A stretch of 64,000 nucleotides of DNA from the NCBI RefSeq assembly GCF_009914755.1, contig NC_060941.1; one strand, 5' to 3'. The stretch comes from the human T2T-CHM13v2.0 reference genome, Homo sapiens. This document shows, in pieces, positions 40,481 to 56,352 of this stretch (positions within the stretch are counted from its first letter, which is position 1; every line of letters begins with the position of its first letter). The notes under the pieces were generated by a model. That model worked only from the letters and a program-made list of their open reading frames with translations. It had not been told where the DNA came from and searched no databases. A program made the translations under genes and the position numbers.

Positions 40481-42170
40481 TTAGATGCTGGCCATGGCAT
40501 ATTCTTACCCAACATGGTTCTTCTTCATGTCTTAGTCATATTCTCTGCTTCCCCGTCCTTTTCATTCCTAGAAACCTGGAAATCTCAGTCCAGCTTGGTC
40601 ACATGACCTCCCGTCTGAATTATGCCTCATGTGTAATAGAGATTGTGAATGATGTCTCATCCACCATCCAGTGTTAGATATGGATTTAGCATTCCAGATC
40701 CCAGATAGGGCAGCCTGATGTGACAGTTCTCAATTTTTTTCAAGCTTCTCAGCCAATCAGATATAGATATGTACAGCTACAATCAGGACCAGACAACTGT
40801 GCAGGGAACTGCACTTATATAACTCCTCCATTATGTATGCTGTACAGAGGAGCAATGACCTCTCCAATAAATCTACCGTGAGCACTCCTGAGGCTCCATC
40901 AGCAATTGCAGGCAATCACTTAAGAATAGAAATAGTTATTTTTAAAAATATATTCCTTTCTAGGATAGCTGTAAAATGTGCATGAACTCCATGCCAGCCT
41001 GTGACAGGGAAATTTAGTTTTAGGTCACTCAATTTATGCCTCTGAGGGGAACAAATTCCCCAGAAGATTAAACTTTCATTAGGTTCTTTCTTTTATTTCC
41101 TGCCTTTGCACCCATCATATCGTAAGTTCCATAAATGATGTCTTACTAGGGCCATAAAATGGTTGCCCTTGAACTTTAGGAACCTGTCAAACACCTCTCT
41201 CTCTCCCCCTTACCCCCCAATAAAAAACCTTTTAGAGAATGGTACTTAAATTGACAGTTTCAGTGGTCACCCTCCCCTGCCTATGTCAATGAGAATGTGC
41301 CTAGAAGAGATGGAGAAAGTAATACGCACTTTAGACAATTGCATTGTGAAGCCGATAGTCCACACTCCCCTGCCCCCATCCCCCTATTGTTTTGACTAGA
41401 CAGGGGATCATACTGAATAGATTAACAAGTCATTGACTTGGGACACCTACTGCTTGGAATGTCATTGCACTTGGAGTGAAAGGGGATAAAAATGTCTCCC
41501 TTCCATCCCTGATCTCTCTACTCTGTGGCAATATTTCTGCCACAGAAATACTTGGCTGTCAGCTCCAGCAAAGCAACCCTGGATAGCCACAGTAGTTTGT
41601 TGTCAGAATGAAAAATGGTTCCGTGCAAAAGGTCTCAGAGCCGGGATGCTAAAAATCAAGGAGTCCTAAGTCAGGCATTTGACAGAGAACTTTGGTCTCG
41701 CTGTTAAATACCACTTAATACTGTCCTGCCTGATAATCCCTGCTGTTTAACAACTGTGGGATCGTGGCTCAGCTGTGGCAGAATGCTTTTTCGACAGGGA
41801 GAAAATGGCCAGATGTCATCTATTTGCTTGAAAGAAAAGAAAATACATCTCTTAGCATCCAGCGAAAATAATAATGCTTAAAAAAAAAAAAGAAAATTGC
41901 AAATCCATTCTAGCTTTGATTCATTAGAGAGTTCACAGCCAAGAGAGAGAAATGAAACTCTAGCTGAGGTTAGCTATAGGTGAAGAACAAAGAAGCTTGA
42001 TATAGCCATTAGTACTCTAGACAGTGCTCTGATACTCCAAATAGTTAGCTGGTTAGTGAAAAAAATTCAAGCTAGGCATCAAGTAATGCCTACAACTAAC
42101 TTTTTTGCTCACTGTGTAGTCTTGGGCTTAGAACTGTGTACACTGTGTACTAGTTCATGTGTTTGTTGGA

Positions 42171-42197
42171 GTGTGTGTGTGTGTGTGTGTGTGTGTG
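42171..42197. repeat. (GT)13 microsatellite
   Basis: Direct reading. Confidence 0.97.
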
Positions 42198-43504
42198 CAA
42201 GGCCACCATTACTGCAATAAATATTATAAACAACTTACTTAACAGTGCTAATTGCCTCTGTTGTTTTCCAAGCAAGATTTAATTATTTTAGTGCCAATTA
42301 TCTCACCTAGAGCCACAAGTGATAGTTTTTATGACCTTTTATAAAAGTTTAGAGTTGAAATAACATGAAAAATCTAACCCAGTTTCCCTGTTTTTCTAAT
42401 GGTTTCTTAGATAATATAATTAAATGATGACTATGCAAATGGACAGTTATTCTGTGATGCTTCAGAAGGAAGTATTTAAATAAACAAGCAGGATTCATAA
42501 AGAAATACAACTTAATTCAGTTTAAGGGTAACAAAAGTTTATCACCACAGTGGACCAAAACAAGTAGAAGCTTGATTAATCAAAATTTTCTAAGTCACTG
42601 AGAGTGTTCAGACAGACCAGGTAGCCTTTTCCACAGATACAGGGCATGGGATTATTTACAGAGGCATAGACTGTAATCTGTTACTTGTTCACCAATTTTT
42701 AGGATACTAAAATACGAAATAGATATACGGAGATTATATGAATCAGTTATCTAACACACAGTTATGTAGAATGATTTTGTCATTGGCCTAAGTATTGTAT
42801 CCTCTTTAAAACTGCCTTTCAACTTTATTCCCTAGCTTGGAGTTTGATATCCCCATTTCTTTGATGTATAAATATTTTTTATATTATCCAAGAATAGTTA
42901 AGGCACATATGGAGAATTTGAATCCCCTGGAATGAGACTAGGTCACTGTTTCTTGATTTGGGGGATCTAGGAAGGCTACACTATGCATTTAAACCTGCAT
43001 CTAAATCAATGGACATCTGTGACAGTCAATATTTCCTAAATGTTTCAAGTCACCGCTACTTACTCACCTCACTATACCTCAAATCTCAAACCACCAAACA
43101 AACAGACAAAAGCAAAGCAAAGCAAACTCTAATGGTTTTGTAACTTCCTATTATATGTAACAGATTTGTAAAACTATGTCAGATTTTCCCTGCCATGTGG
43201 GAAGTTCCTCTAAATGAGCACTGATAGCTGACGAATGTTCATTTCACAATGACAACTAGCATAGGATCTTGCTTTCAGCAATATATAATACCATGAATTT
43301 TCTAAAACATATTACTGTTTCTAAAAAGCTATTGTTTGCCTACATGTAAAAAATAAGCTTTTAAAGACAACGACAGCTTCTTTTAACATATTTTAGTAAC
43401 ATATTTATAATCGCACATTATATTAAGATTACATTTGAAATAATTCATTGTCCACTGATAGAAAACCATTTTCTTTCAAAACCTTCAAGGAGAGGAGTTT
43501 TTAA

Positions 43505-43863
<359 letters not shown>

Positions 43864-44269
43864 CATCTTCACCTCTATTAAGTATTTCTGTCTCTGGCCT
43901 TTATGCATTGATGAAGGATGTTGTTGTTGGAAGTTATATCACAGGCCACATATGCCCATTTGGATTCCACGAACATGGTTGTTTTGGTTCAGTTTTCTGG
44001 TAGCTGTTCATCTGTGATAGTCAAACCAAGCTTATTTTTCAAAGGGATCCCTAAAGGCCTAGTTTACAAGGATATCATTTTCACACACACAAAAAAACCC
44101 TTATTTGCTCAGATAATTTTTATCTCTGTCTATAAAAAGCTAGTATTGATCAATTTACTTAAAGCTAATGTATCTTTTCAAACTACTAATTGCATTTCAA
44201 AATAAATAATTAATAGAGTAACCTATAATAGGAGAAGCCTTGCAAAGATTGAAATTTAAGGAGAATTAT

Positions 44270-44475
44270 GTTTTTGTTTGTTTTGTTTTGTTTTGTTTTG
44301 TTTCAGACAGGGTCTCATCTGTCACCCAAGCTGGGGTGCAGCAGCGTGATCATGGCTTACTGCAGCCTTGACTTTCTGGGCTCAAACAGTCCTCCCACAT
44401 CAGCCTCCTAAGTAGGTGGGAATACAGGCATGTGCCACTACATTCAGCTCTGTTTTTGTTGTTGTTGTTCTTGTT
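44270..44475 (-). mobile_element. AluJ right monomer with (TTTTG)n tail
   Basis: gatcatggcttactgcagccttgactttctgggctcaa. Confidence 0.88.
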
Positions 44476-44809
44476 GTTCTTTGTCAATGATGATTGACAA
44501 TGATGATTTTGTCAATAAAATAGACTTACATTTAGATATATATATATGAATTTCCTTTTAGATCCTACATTCTCCTTAGAATGTTAGACATTAAAATGCT
44601 CTGAGATTCTGCTGTTTAAAAAAAAAAAAAAAACTAAGACTCAAATATAGTCATGTCTTCAACCGTATCTTGCAAGAGTTACATGAAGAATAAAAATAAT
44701 GTGTATATATTGTCTGATATGGAATGCATACACAGCAAATAATAGCTGCTACTTTTACAATTAGCATTTGCTTAGTCAATGTTTATTTAATGAATAATAT
44801 ATGGCAGTC

Positions 44810-44995
44810 AATGAATATTTGCTATGTACTAAATGCTTTGCTTACAAGGTGTTATTTAACAATGGTAACTCTTCAATGAGAAATACACCTTTCAATCCAG
44901 CATTTTTTGAGGAGGAAATTGAGATTCACAGGACTTAAGTCATATACATGTCTAGAAGGTGGTCAGCTAAGTTTCCAACGTAGGTCCACCTGACT
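44810..44995 (-). mobile_element. MIR SINE
   Basis: cattttttgaggaggaaattgagattcacaggacttaagt. Confidence 0.6.
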
Positions 44996-45769
44996 CAAAG
45001 TGTGCTATATTGTCCTAAACTGACATACTTTTTAATACATATGCCATATTCAAAACCATTATGGGACAATTGCAGAGTAATAAAATTTGTATCAGTAGTC
45101 ACTGTTGAAGAAAAATACTTTATTTCAGCCCCCTCAAGATCTCTAGCATAATTGACCACTGGGACCAATGATACCAACTATAGCCAAACATTACTTGTTT
45201 TCTTTTTTGGATCTGCGTCTTGGGTCTCCAGACCGTGTGCAGAAGAAGGAAGTTCAGGTCTCTGTGTCCTCTGCTGGCACACCTGACTCATCTGGGTTGA
45301 GTCAGCACTCTTGCCCCGGGACCTTTATGTACCCTCCCAAGGTTTCTTTACTGCTGTCTTCTTACTAGTGTTTATGGTATACACATTTACTATCTGGGAG
45401 GATCAGCAGATGGAAACCCCATGACTTGCTAATTAGATCTCCCAAAGATAGTGTCAAATTAAAACCTGGCCCTCTAAATTCACATAAACACCAAGGGATG
45501 CAACTGCCAAAGATGGGGCTCTCCTGGAGAATTGGCAGCTTCTTTCTCCCTCTAACCATTCTCTTATCTGAACTGAAGAGATCTGCCTCCAGCACATTAT
45601 TGCCCCCAGCACTTAATGAGACTTGAGTAAACAACAGTGGTGGTGAGCACAGGGTGTTTTCCTGGCCCAGGTGCTCGGATTTTCTGAAAATTAAATCCAG
45701 TGCCGAGGCAGATTGAAGGAAAGAATACATCTGCAGATCAACCCCGTCAGCATGTGGAGTCAATTCTCT

Positions 45770-45985
45770 AGGTAGTGTAGCTGTCAGGGATCAGCTGGAT
45801 TTGACTCGTAGCTCTGCTGTGCAGTCTCAGGCAAGTAACTTAAACCCGCTAGTCTCCTGTCTAGTCCTCAGCTTCCTAATTTGCATAATGAGGATCGGTA
45901 AGCTCATAGGGTTACTGTGAGTTTGGAAAATGCAGGCATAGCACTTGCACAGGCCTGCTCTTTAATAAGCCTTGAAAAATCTAAG
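45770..45985 (+). mobile_element. MIR SINE
   Basis: ggcaagtaacttaa...cagcttcctaatttgcataatgagg...ctcatagggttactgtgag. Confidence 0.65.
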
Positions 45986-46142
45986 CTCTCATTTGCTGCT
46001 ACTTCTGGTGTAGCTATTGCTCAGTGGGCTGAAAGAGTAAAGGGAAATGTGGTCAAATCATTCCCAAGTCCTGTCTACATCAAGAACAAGACTTGAAGCA
46101 AGCATGGAAAATGGCCTTGACTCATCTTAGAAATCAGAGAGA

Positions 46143-46420
46143 GGGCCAAGGGTAGTGGTTCCCACCTGTAATCCCAATGCTTGAGAGGTCGAGGCAGGAG
46201 GATCACTTGGGCCCAAGAGTTTGAGACCAGCCTGAGCAACATAGTGAGACCCTGTCTCTAAAAAAAATACAAAAAGTAGCTGAGTGTGGTGGCCTGCACT
46301 TGGGGTCCCAGCTACTTGAGAGGCTGATGCAGGAGTATTGCTTGAGCCAGGGTGGTGGAGGCTGCAGTGAGCTATGGCCATTGCACTCTAGCTTGGGTAA
46401 CAGAGCAAGTACCCATGTAA
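46143..46420 (+). mobile_element. AluJ
   Basis: ggaggatcacttgggcccaagagtttgag...ggaggctgcagtgagctatg. Confidence 0.93.
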
Positions 46421-46476
46421 GAAAAAGAAAGAGAGAAAGAGAGAGAGAAAAGAAGGAAAGAAAGAAAAGAAAGAAA

Positions 46477-46528
<52 letters not shown>

Positions 46529-46650
46529 AAAGAAAGGAAGGAAGGAAGAAAGAGAAGAGAAGAGAAAAGAAAAGAAAAGAAAAGAAAAGAAAAGAAAAGA
46601 AAAGAAAAGAAAAGAAAGGAAAGAAGGAAGGAAGGAAAAGAAAAGAAAAG
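46420..46650 (+). repeat. Pure-purine compound STR (GAAA)n/(GAAAA)n/(GGAA)n derived from the Alu tail
   Basis: Direct reading; source of the K/E/R-rich and F/S/L-rich pseudo-ORFs. Confidence 0.97.
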
Positions 46651-46912
46651 AGATTCACTGAGACTCTGCCAGGTGAGCTGGAAATCCCACATGAATCCCT
46701 CAATCTCTGGTTTGATGGGATGTGCTTGCAAAGAAGACTGAAGAGAAAAAGAAAAAGAGAGAAAAAAGAAAGAAAGAAAGAGAAAGAAAAGAGAAAAGAA
46801 AAAGAAAGAAAAGAAAGACTCACTGAGACTCTGCCAGGTGAGCTGGAAATCCCACATGAATCCCTCAATCTCTGGTTTGATGGGATGTATTTGCAAAGCA
46901 GATTGAAGAGAA
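46651..46912. repeat. Two 97-bp direct repeats (46651-46747 and 46816-46912) separated by a GA-rich tract
   Basis: tcactgagactctgccaggtgagctggaaatcccacatgaatccctcaatctctggtttgatgggatgt twice; 5 mismatches. Confidence 0.95.
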
Positions 46913-48390
46913 TGTGTCAGAGACACTTCTAGTAGGTAACACGACAGGGTACAAAGCATTAGAGTTTTATCAGTTAACTTCGAAACTCAGCTCCATCACT
47001 CAATACTTTTTTTTTTCTAAGTTAATTTCCTTGGACCTCAGTTTCCTCTTTTTCTTAAAATATTGATATAATACTTCCCTTCCCAAATTATTATTGAATT
47101 TAAATGAGATAATGTTTCTAAAGCATTTAACTCTTCTCCCACAAGCTGGGGAGCAATAATGTTAATTCTTCTACTCTTATACTTCTCCACTTTCCCCTCC
47201 TTACACTCTAGTGTTTATTTCATAATATGTAGGACAATAAAAATAAGTTACAGTGAAGCAAATAAGAAAAGGTAAAAGTTGTGAGTAGAACCAACGGAAA
47301 ATGTGTAAGACAAATTGAGTGCACAAATTTCTAAGCCTAAAAATAGGAAAACACAAAATATTAGATATGTTCAGAGGGCATCTAATAAATTGAGGGTCAC
47401 ATCAAGAGAGACAAATGCCCTATTTTCCAACAAAGCATTCATTGTTGCTACCGCAAGGGGCAAAATGCTATTCTGAGGTCAGATGACAGGTTTTGGGTTT
47501 TTGTTGTTGTTGTTCTTCGTAATAAATAAATATCCTTTCATGCTGTGTTGTTCCAACTTTTCAGTTGTTTACTCAAATAAAGTCACACTTCCACAAAAAC
47601 CACTTATGATTCCAAAAAGACCATATATCAGAGTCACATGGAGGAGGCTGATAATGCCTCCACTTTGATTTGAGGCATTTTGGACTCCCTAAGAAAAAGA
47701 AAGGGTTGCCCAGTGAAAGAGTTCACAGCCCTATTTTTGGAACCTGTTTTTCCAGTACAGTAAAGAGACTCAAATATTAAGACCCTGAGTCCTATCCGGG
47801 CTCCATTTGAGTCAAATGTAATAGATGGGAGGCCTGACTCCAGAGACCACACAGCAAACCGCATCCTGACGCAGTGGCTCCACCAGGCACCTGCTGGATT
47901 GAGAAATGCAGGGCAAGTCAGCACTGATTCATTGCCCCTGATTGACAAGATACTATCATTCACCTTTTCCTGAGATAAACCAGAGTCTCTTGTGAAGACC
48001 TATACTAGGAAGTACATCCCACATTTCACAAATGGTAAAAATACATAGGTAAGAAAACTCAAAAATACCTCCATAATTTTCAAAAACAAAATTCAGGGCC
48101 TTAGTCTGAATTTATATTAATGGAGATGAAGGGGACAAAACATTAAGTGGGGACTCCTTTTCTGCCATTGTGTGGGAAAATCCTGCATAATAGACAATAG
48201 TCTCCTTATTTTGTAGAGTAGGAAACTAAAACTTAGCTTAAATAACATACAATTAGCTAAGTGGACAGGATATGATTTAAGCTTAAGTCTTATGATCTTT
48301 CTACTCTCCCATCATACCTTTAACCTCTAACTTCTTTCCTTTCTTCACACTATCTTCTTGGCATGTGAGACTTAAGATTTCCTAAATTCA

Positions 48391-49140
<750 letters not shown>

Positions 49141-49249
49141 ATAGAAGGCTTGTTTTTCTACAGATCGAGTCAGGGTTTAGAGAATAGTGGAGAAAGAACA
49201 GAGTCATGAAACTTCAAGAATTTAGAAAGACATGTAAAGCCTTCAGTGC

Positions 49250-49466
49250 TGATAATTCTCAACTGAAGGTGATTTGAAAATGTCTAGAGACATATTTTTC
49301 GGTGTCACTACCAGGGAGGGGCAGGGTTATCATACTGGCATCTAGTGAGTGATAGCCAGGGATGCTGATAAACATCCTACAGTGCATAGGACAGGCCCCT
49401 CACCCTGGACCCCAAGAAAGAATAATCACGTTTAAAATGTCCATGTTGTAGAGGTTGAAAACCCTG
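49250..49466 (+). mobile_element. MER20
   Basis: tactggcatctagtgagt...gccagggatgctgataaacatcctacagtgcataggacag...gaggttgaaaaccctg. Confidence 0.85.
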
Positions 49467-50064
49467 TTGGAGACTATAAACTCCTTAAGTAGGACTATGG
49501 ACAACTGAAAGAAACTGGATATTTATGAATAAATTAATGAGTAGATAAGTGAATGAATGAATACATGAATGAAACAATGAGACTTGAACTAACATTCAGG
49601 TTATTAAGTAACTACATCTGGTAGCACCACTGAGACGTGGAAAGGGGGTCTTGAATCATATCTTTATTAAAAGATTGTATACATCGCAATTAATATGTAT
49701 GATTATATGCTTGTAATAACATCAGTTAATCCAGAGGGTGTTAAAGATAAATATATTTATATCCATTTTCCACTCTCTGACTCCAACATGGTGGCTTGTG
49801 CAGATAATAAATAATTATGTGAAAAATTATAATTATGTACATCATTAAAAGTTTCCAATACTTATTATTGTATTCTTTTTTTAATTCCTTGAAACTCATG
49901 CCTTGTAGTGTGTACTTTTGCTTTAGCTTTGATTTCAAGAACAAACTAGCTATAATACAGGGACTGCTGTCAATAATAAGACTTTTGCTGTTAGACTCTC
50001 TCTCACTTTCCCTCTCCTTTAAGTTTGGGCCATATTCTCAACAGACATTAGTCAACCAAACTGG

Positions 50065-50375
50065 GGCTGGTGCAGGTGGGGTTGTTCAAGCTTGTAATCC
50101 CAGCATTTTGGGAGGCCAAGGTGGGAGGATCGCTTGAGCCCAGGAGTTTGAGACCAGCTTGGGAAACATAGGGAGACTCTGTCTTTACAAAAAATACAAA
50201 ACTGGCTGGGTGTGGTGGCATGCAGCTGTAGTCCCAGCTGCTTGGGAGGCTGACGTGGGAGGATCTCTTGAGCCCAGGAGTTTGAGGCCACAGTGAACTA
50301 TGACTGCAATAATGCACTCCGGCCTGGGCAGCCGAACAAGACCATAGTCACTAATTAAAACAAACAAACAAAAAA
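50065..50375 (+). mobile_element. AluJ
   Basis: gggaggatcgcttgagcccaggagtttgag-type motif in both arms. Confidence 0.93.
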
Positions 50376-51169
50376 CCACAAGTGCAAAGAGGGAGGGGAA
50401 AAACATTCATAAAAACTATCACCCTTCTCTGCACATGTAAAGCAACCAACCAATAACTTCACTTCCTGCTATGATTGGTATTATTATAGTGCAGCTCAGG
50501 AAGCTGAGTTTCATTACAATAAACCTATGGTTTCACTAAGGCATTTTCCCATGAGAACATTTTAATTAATTTATTATTTGCAAATGAAGCTACAGGTGTT
50601 TGAGTGGGTTGGTAGTAGCAGTGATGTCTGTGTGTGTGTGTTCGCACGCGCTAGAGCGCATGTGCATGAGTGTATGTGTGCCTTAATTGCTTCTATATCT
50701 GCCTCTCCGGCTCAGCCTGTCCAGGCCAGCTGGCAGCCCCCAGCAACTGATTCCCAGACAAGTCTCTGCCGGCAACTTGTCACGTGGTGATGGGATGATT
50801 CTGTCAGGCCCACGCAGCTATGCAGGAAAATAAAATTGTCATAATAAGATGCTGGCTTCTTGGCAACTCGACCCTAGTTCTGGGGTAGAGGTTGGCAGTC
50901 ATCCTCCTTAGAGACTGAGATGTTCTAACTATGATCAAATGTTTAGATATTTTTTAAAGCTGCTTCTTTGTCCCAAGGAAGATTTTGTTCTCTCATGCCA
51001 ATGCTAGCACCTTACTAATGATTTTCAGATATATTTTCTAACCTAGAGATATCAACTAAGACTTGGTCTTGCTCTCTCAGCACAAAACATTTGCAACTCG
51101 GTTTGGGGGTTTCAACAAAGTGCCACTTAAACTTGACAGGCAAAGTTTCCAATATGGCTATTTCTTAGG

Positions 51170-51410
51170 AGGGAATTGGCATGGTAGAAAAACCTATGAC
51201 TTTGGGGTTAGACTGAGCTGAGCTTTAATCCAAGTTCTCCATTCAAGTAGGGATTGAGCAACATAGCTAAATACTAGCTTGGGAGTCTAGCTTTGCCCAT
51301 TAATAAAATGGTAAGAAAAACAACTATTTTTGGACCATTGTCAAGATTAGCAGAATGTGAAGATGAGCTATTTGACACATAGTAGGCACTCAGTAAATGT
51401 CCATTAATTA
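51170..51410 (+). mobile_element. MIR SINE
   Basis: tggtagaaaaacctatgactttggggttagac...cacatagtaggcactcagtaaatg. Confidence 0.75.
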
Positions 51411-51512
51411 TTAATGCCATCACTATTATTTTTCTATAAACCCTCCAATAACTATTGGGTTCTTTTTAATTCTCAGCTCTATGCTTCCCATTTTAAAAAT
51501 GATTCTATTTTC

Positions 51513-51832
<320 letters not shown>

Positions 51833-52957
51833 CTATTTCTGCATTGCTCTTTTCCCTACCATGTCAACTTATGACTATAACTTGCTATGGTTAATTATTT
51901 AGCTGTGTCTGTGCTCTGTCTCAAGTTAAAAGTTAAGTCCCTCTAGGGAAGGAACTATGTATTTACCACTTTGTGTATTTTTCACTTCCTCACTGTACTA
52001 GAAATTACTAGTCTTAGTAGAGGTCTCAGAATATTCACTGACATGCTTCTGGGTCATAATCAAACATTTAGGGAGGAATATTACTCAATTTAAGTAAAAA
52101 TATTTAAGTTGAATTACCAATAGGATCTATAACTTTCAGAGTATCCTGCATCTACGGTTTTAAACTCAGGTGGAGACTAATTTATAAAAAATAAGGATAA
52201 AGTATAAAAACAATAAAAATAAATAGATAAATAAACAAATAAAAGTCATGGATGACAGTTTTTAGCATTTATATTTTAGGGACAGAGTCCAATATGCTAC
52301 TATAATATACCTCCATGTGTATCCCTGTTCAAAAGCTTATTGCTAATTAAAATAAACATTAGATTCCTGAGGTTTACTGAAAATTTTATTGCATTAAAAA
52401 AAAGCAAGTGTATGTGAGACGGTAAAAAAAAAAAAAGAGCAAGAGAGAGATAAAAGTTAATTAATAGAATCTGGCCTTCTTCCAAAATATACTCTGAGTT
52501 TGAGGTATTTGGGATTGGGTAATTTAGGTTGGTTGGTATGTGAAAAACATCTGTCATGATGAGTCTTGCTATAATATGCGACTCACTGGGAAGGCACGGC
52601 ACCATCTTCATCATCACGATGGGCTTCAAATATGTGCCACTTTCGGCATGACACCATTAAGTGTCTGGGTCCTTATTGGGCAATATTCTGTATTGATTAT
52701 AATATGTTTTACCTTCTGAGGTTGGCTTGGAAAGTTGAATGGTAAGCAAAGTCATTAGTTGCCCTTGGAGTTGATTTATATCTCCATTGGGAGGTAGTGT
52801 TTCCACCACTTTTTCTTAAATGGAGTTGGGTTTGGAGTACCCTATCTGGTACTATTTATAATCTATTAGTCCCCATTTACTACAGGGTCTGGAACTAATT
52901 GCACATAAAAATTCCCAACTAGTTTCTGAATCAAAATAGTTATTTTTATGGCTAGAG

Positions 52958-53345
52958 CCAGGTTTTCCAAAGGGTGTACCATGAAATACTAGTGCCATAA
53001 GATGCTCCCCAAAAAGAATTTTATTGTTCAAATAAATTTGAGGGAAAACAGTCCATTGATGCTCTCTTTTGTTGGTATATTGCTAGATTTTGGGGTCCAC
53101 AATAGCAGAATCAGTGTAAACATTATTATCGTTGAAGCAACTAGCATAATGACCAGCAAATAGAAGACATGTAAAAATATTATCGATAAATTAATGAACA
53201 CTTAAACAATTCTGCAGTAAAGAAAGCACTTAGCTTTGCTCATTTAAACATTTCCCAATTTGTAACAGTCATGGAACCATTTTTTCACATAAAAAACATT
53301 ATAAACAGCTTATCTTCCAAAGAACATCTTGTAGGGAACTCTTGT
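52958..53345. mobile_element. Old hAT-Charlie-like (MER112/113-type) relic
   Basis: caggttttccaaagggtgtaccatgaaatactag...catttcccaatttg...catggaacc; ctagag at both flanks. Confidence 0.4.
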
Positions 53346-53772
53346 CTAGAGTATTAAACACATTCATTAAAATAATTTTATGTATACATTCACTCATTCA
53401 ATGTTCATGTTTTAGTACCTACTAAGTTCTATGTTCCGGGAACATATTAACAAAACATAAGCTCTGCCATTATTGATCTTTTAGACTACTAGGAGAAATA
53501 TGACACAGTCTTGTTTTTAAAACAAGGCAACATGTAGTAAGTGTCATATGAGAAGTGGGAATATGAAGATTACAAAGTGAGAAATGAACAAAAAATATCC
53601 ACATTTGGATATCCTCCTCATGATATAAAATTTAAGAAGTAGTGTTCATTTGTATGATTTATGAAAGGTTATTTCTCACACTGCAGAGGTCAAGAAAGTA
53701 CCACAAAATAATGAAATGCTCTCACTGTAAGACAAAAAGGAGTAGTGGAGACTGTTTAAAAAGTTTATGCTC

Positions 53773-54356
<584 letters not shown>

Positions 54357-55896
54357 AAAAAGTTCACGCTCATATTAAAGGACGCAGTTGGCAAATGGAT
54401 AGAACTAACTATTATCATGGACTTCATGCTGGCAAGTCTTCTGATCTGTTATGAGAAGTCACAAATCTGGATTTTGATCTACAATATTCTCATTATATCC
54501 TTATTTATTTTACATATCAACAAAGCTGACTCCATTACACACATATACCTCTATACTTGTAAGGTAGATTAAATAGACACATTTACCTTTTTTTCAAAAA
54601 TTATGCTAAAATTACAATAATGCATTTTTTTTTTTTTTAAATACGTGAGCCTTGAGGATGTACAAAATTGGTGAAGGACGATAGTTGAAATGTTGTGGAA
54701 GCTGGTAAGGGGATGGCCCAGTGGTAATGGATTTAGCTGACCCAAGAAAGCAAAATCCCAAGCTTGGAATGAGGAAAGCTAAATTCTCTCAGAATTTTCA
54801 AAAAAGCTCAGTCAGTGGTATCTCATACCTCTGCAACTCGGGGAGAAGGCAGGATGGCTAACATCAGAAGGGCTGAGAAGCTGATGGAGACATATTGAGA
54901 GATCCCCACCTGTCCACTGTAACACATTCTGAGCAAACTGTTCTTCCCTACACGTTTGATACTATAGATTGGTCTCGTGGCTAGTATAAAATCGAGGGTC
55001 TGTGGATTGCAGGATGGCAGACAAGGATGAGAATGTGGATACTGTAAAGAATGAAAACAAGGGATTAAGCAGCCACATGCATCCTGAATCTTAAAAGGAA
55101 TCACCCTGCACCCCAGCCTTCTTTCCCCATTTGGCGCCAAACAGATGGGTGACCCGATTGTTAATCTTCAGACAGGAAATTGGGAAAATGTTTTCCTGAA
55201 AATCTGACTAGTGTTCCCTTAGGATCCTGACATCAAGGGATCCCAAACCAATAGCTCCCCAAATTATTCTACAGTAAACCTAAGAGCAATTCCAACAGCA
55301 TGACTCTAATTGGTGGATTAGTCTTCATAGAGCAGAAAGCCCCAAATCAACAGATAATTTTTTTTAAAGACTCTAACATAGAAGATAGTGGTCAAAATGA
55401 ATAAAGAGAGGTGGAAGAGAAACTATACAGGAAAAAAACAAATTTTTCGAAGTGCGACTTATAAGTGGGACCTATAAGCCTCTGTAAGTGTAGACAGTGG
55501 AACATATTAACCCAGTGAAAAGACTTCTGCCAGATATTTTGTACGAGGCTCATACTGTAGTTGCACCAGGCATACCAGCTTGATGAGTCTTGGGTTACTC
55601 AAGCCTTACTCATGAGCTTGCCCGCTGATTTACCCAGAAAGAGATTTTGTAAACTCTCAGGGAACTGAAACCAGAGCTACTGCTCAGTTTATTTTCTCTG
55701 TGGACATCTCATGTAAGTCGTAGCAACATTACCCTATCCTTACACAGCCAGGATTGTGCTTGCTACTCGGGTACACAAACTGAACAGTAAATTGTTTAGA
55801 TACATGCACAGGTGTACAAATTTAAAATCAAATAAGCAAGTAAGTGAATGATTATCCGAAAAGTCAGGATAGTGATTATTTCCAGAGGAAGGAGGG

Positions 55897-56352
55897 TGTA
55901 TTAGATTCCTATGACCACTATTAAATAAATTACCACAAACTTAGTGACTTCAAGCAACATGAGTGTATTCTCTTATACTTCTAGAATTCAAGGGGTAAAA
56001 TCAAGATATTGGCAGGGCTGTCTTTCTTCTGGAGGCATTATGAGAGAATCTGTTTCCTTTTTTTTTCTAGCTTCTAGAGGCCTTCTGAATTTTTTTTGGT
56101 TTATGGCTCATCATGACAACCTTTGGTTTCCTCATCATATCTTTCTTTTCTGACTCTGATTCCTCCCGCACCCTCATATGAGGATCTTTATGATTACTTT
56201 GAGCCCACTTGGTTAATCCAACATAATCTCCCCATCTCAAAGTTCTTACTTTAACCACAGCCGCGAAGTCCCTGTTGCCACCTGAGGTAACCTATTCACA
56301 GGTTCTGGGGATTAGGATAGAGACATCATTGAGGTGTCATTATTCTATCACA
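55897..56352 (-). mobile_element. MLT1B/C LTR inserted in an old L1ME-like 3' fragment
   Basis: tgtattag...aaattaccacaaacttagtg...ataatctccccatctcaa...ttcacaggttctggggattagga...tcaca; TSD ga(g/a)gg. Confidence 0.88.

Noticed and set aside
46203-46959. 195-221-aa K/E/R-rich and F/S/L-rich ORFs
   Set aside because: Stop-free only because of the GA microsatellite and AluJ
54560-55800. Possible ancient L1M/HAL1 5' region or unknown repeat
   Set aside because: Cannot be assigned by eye; needs a Dfam search
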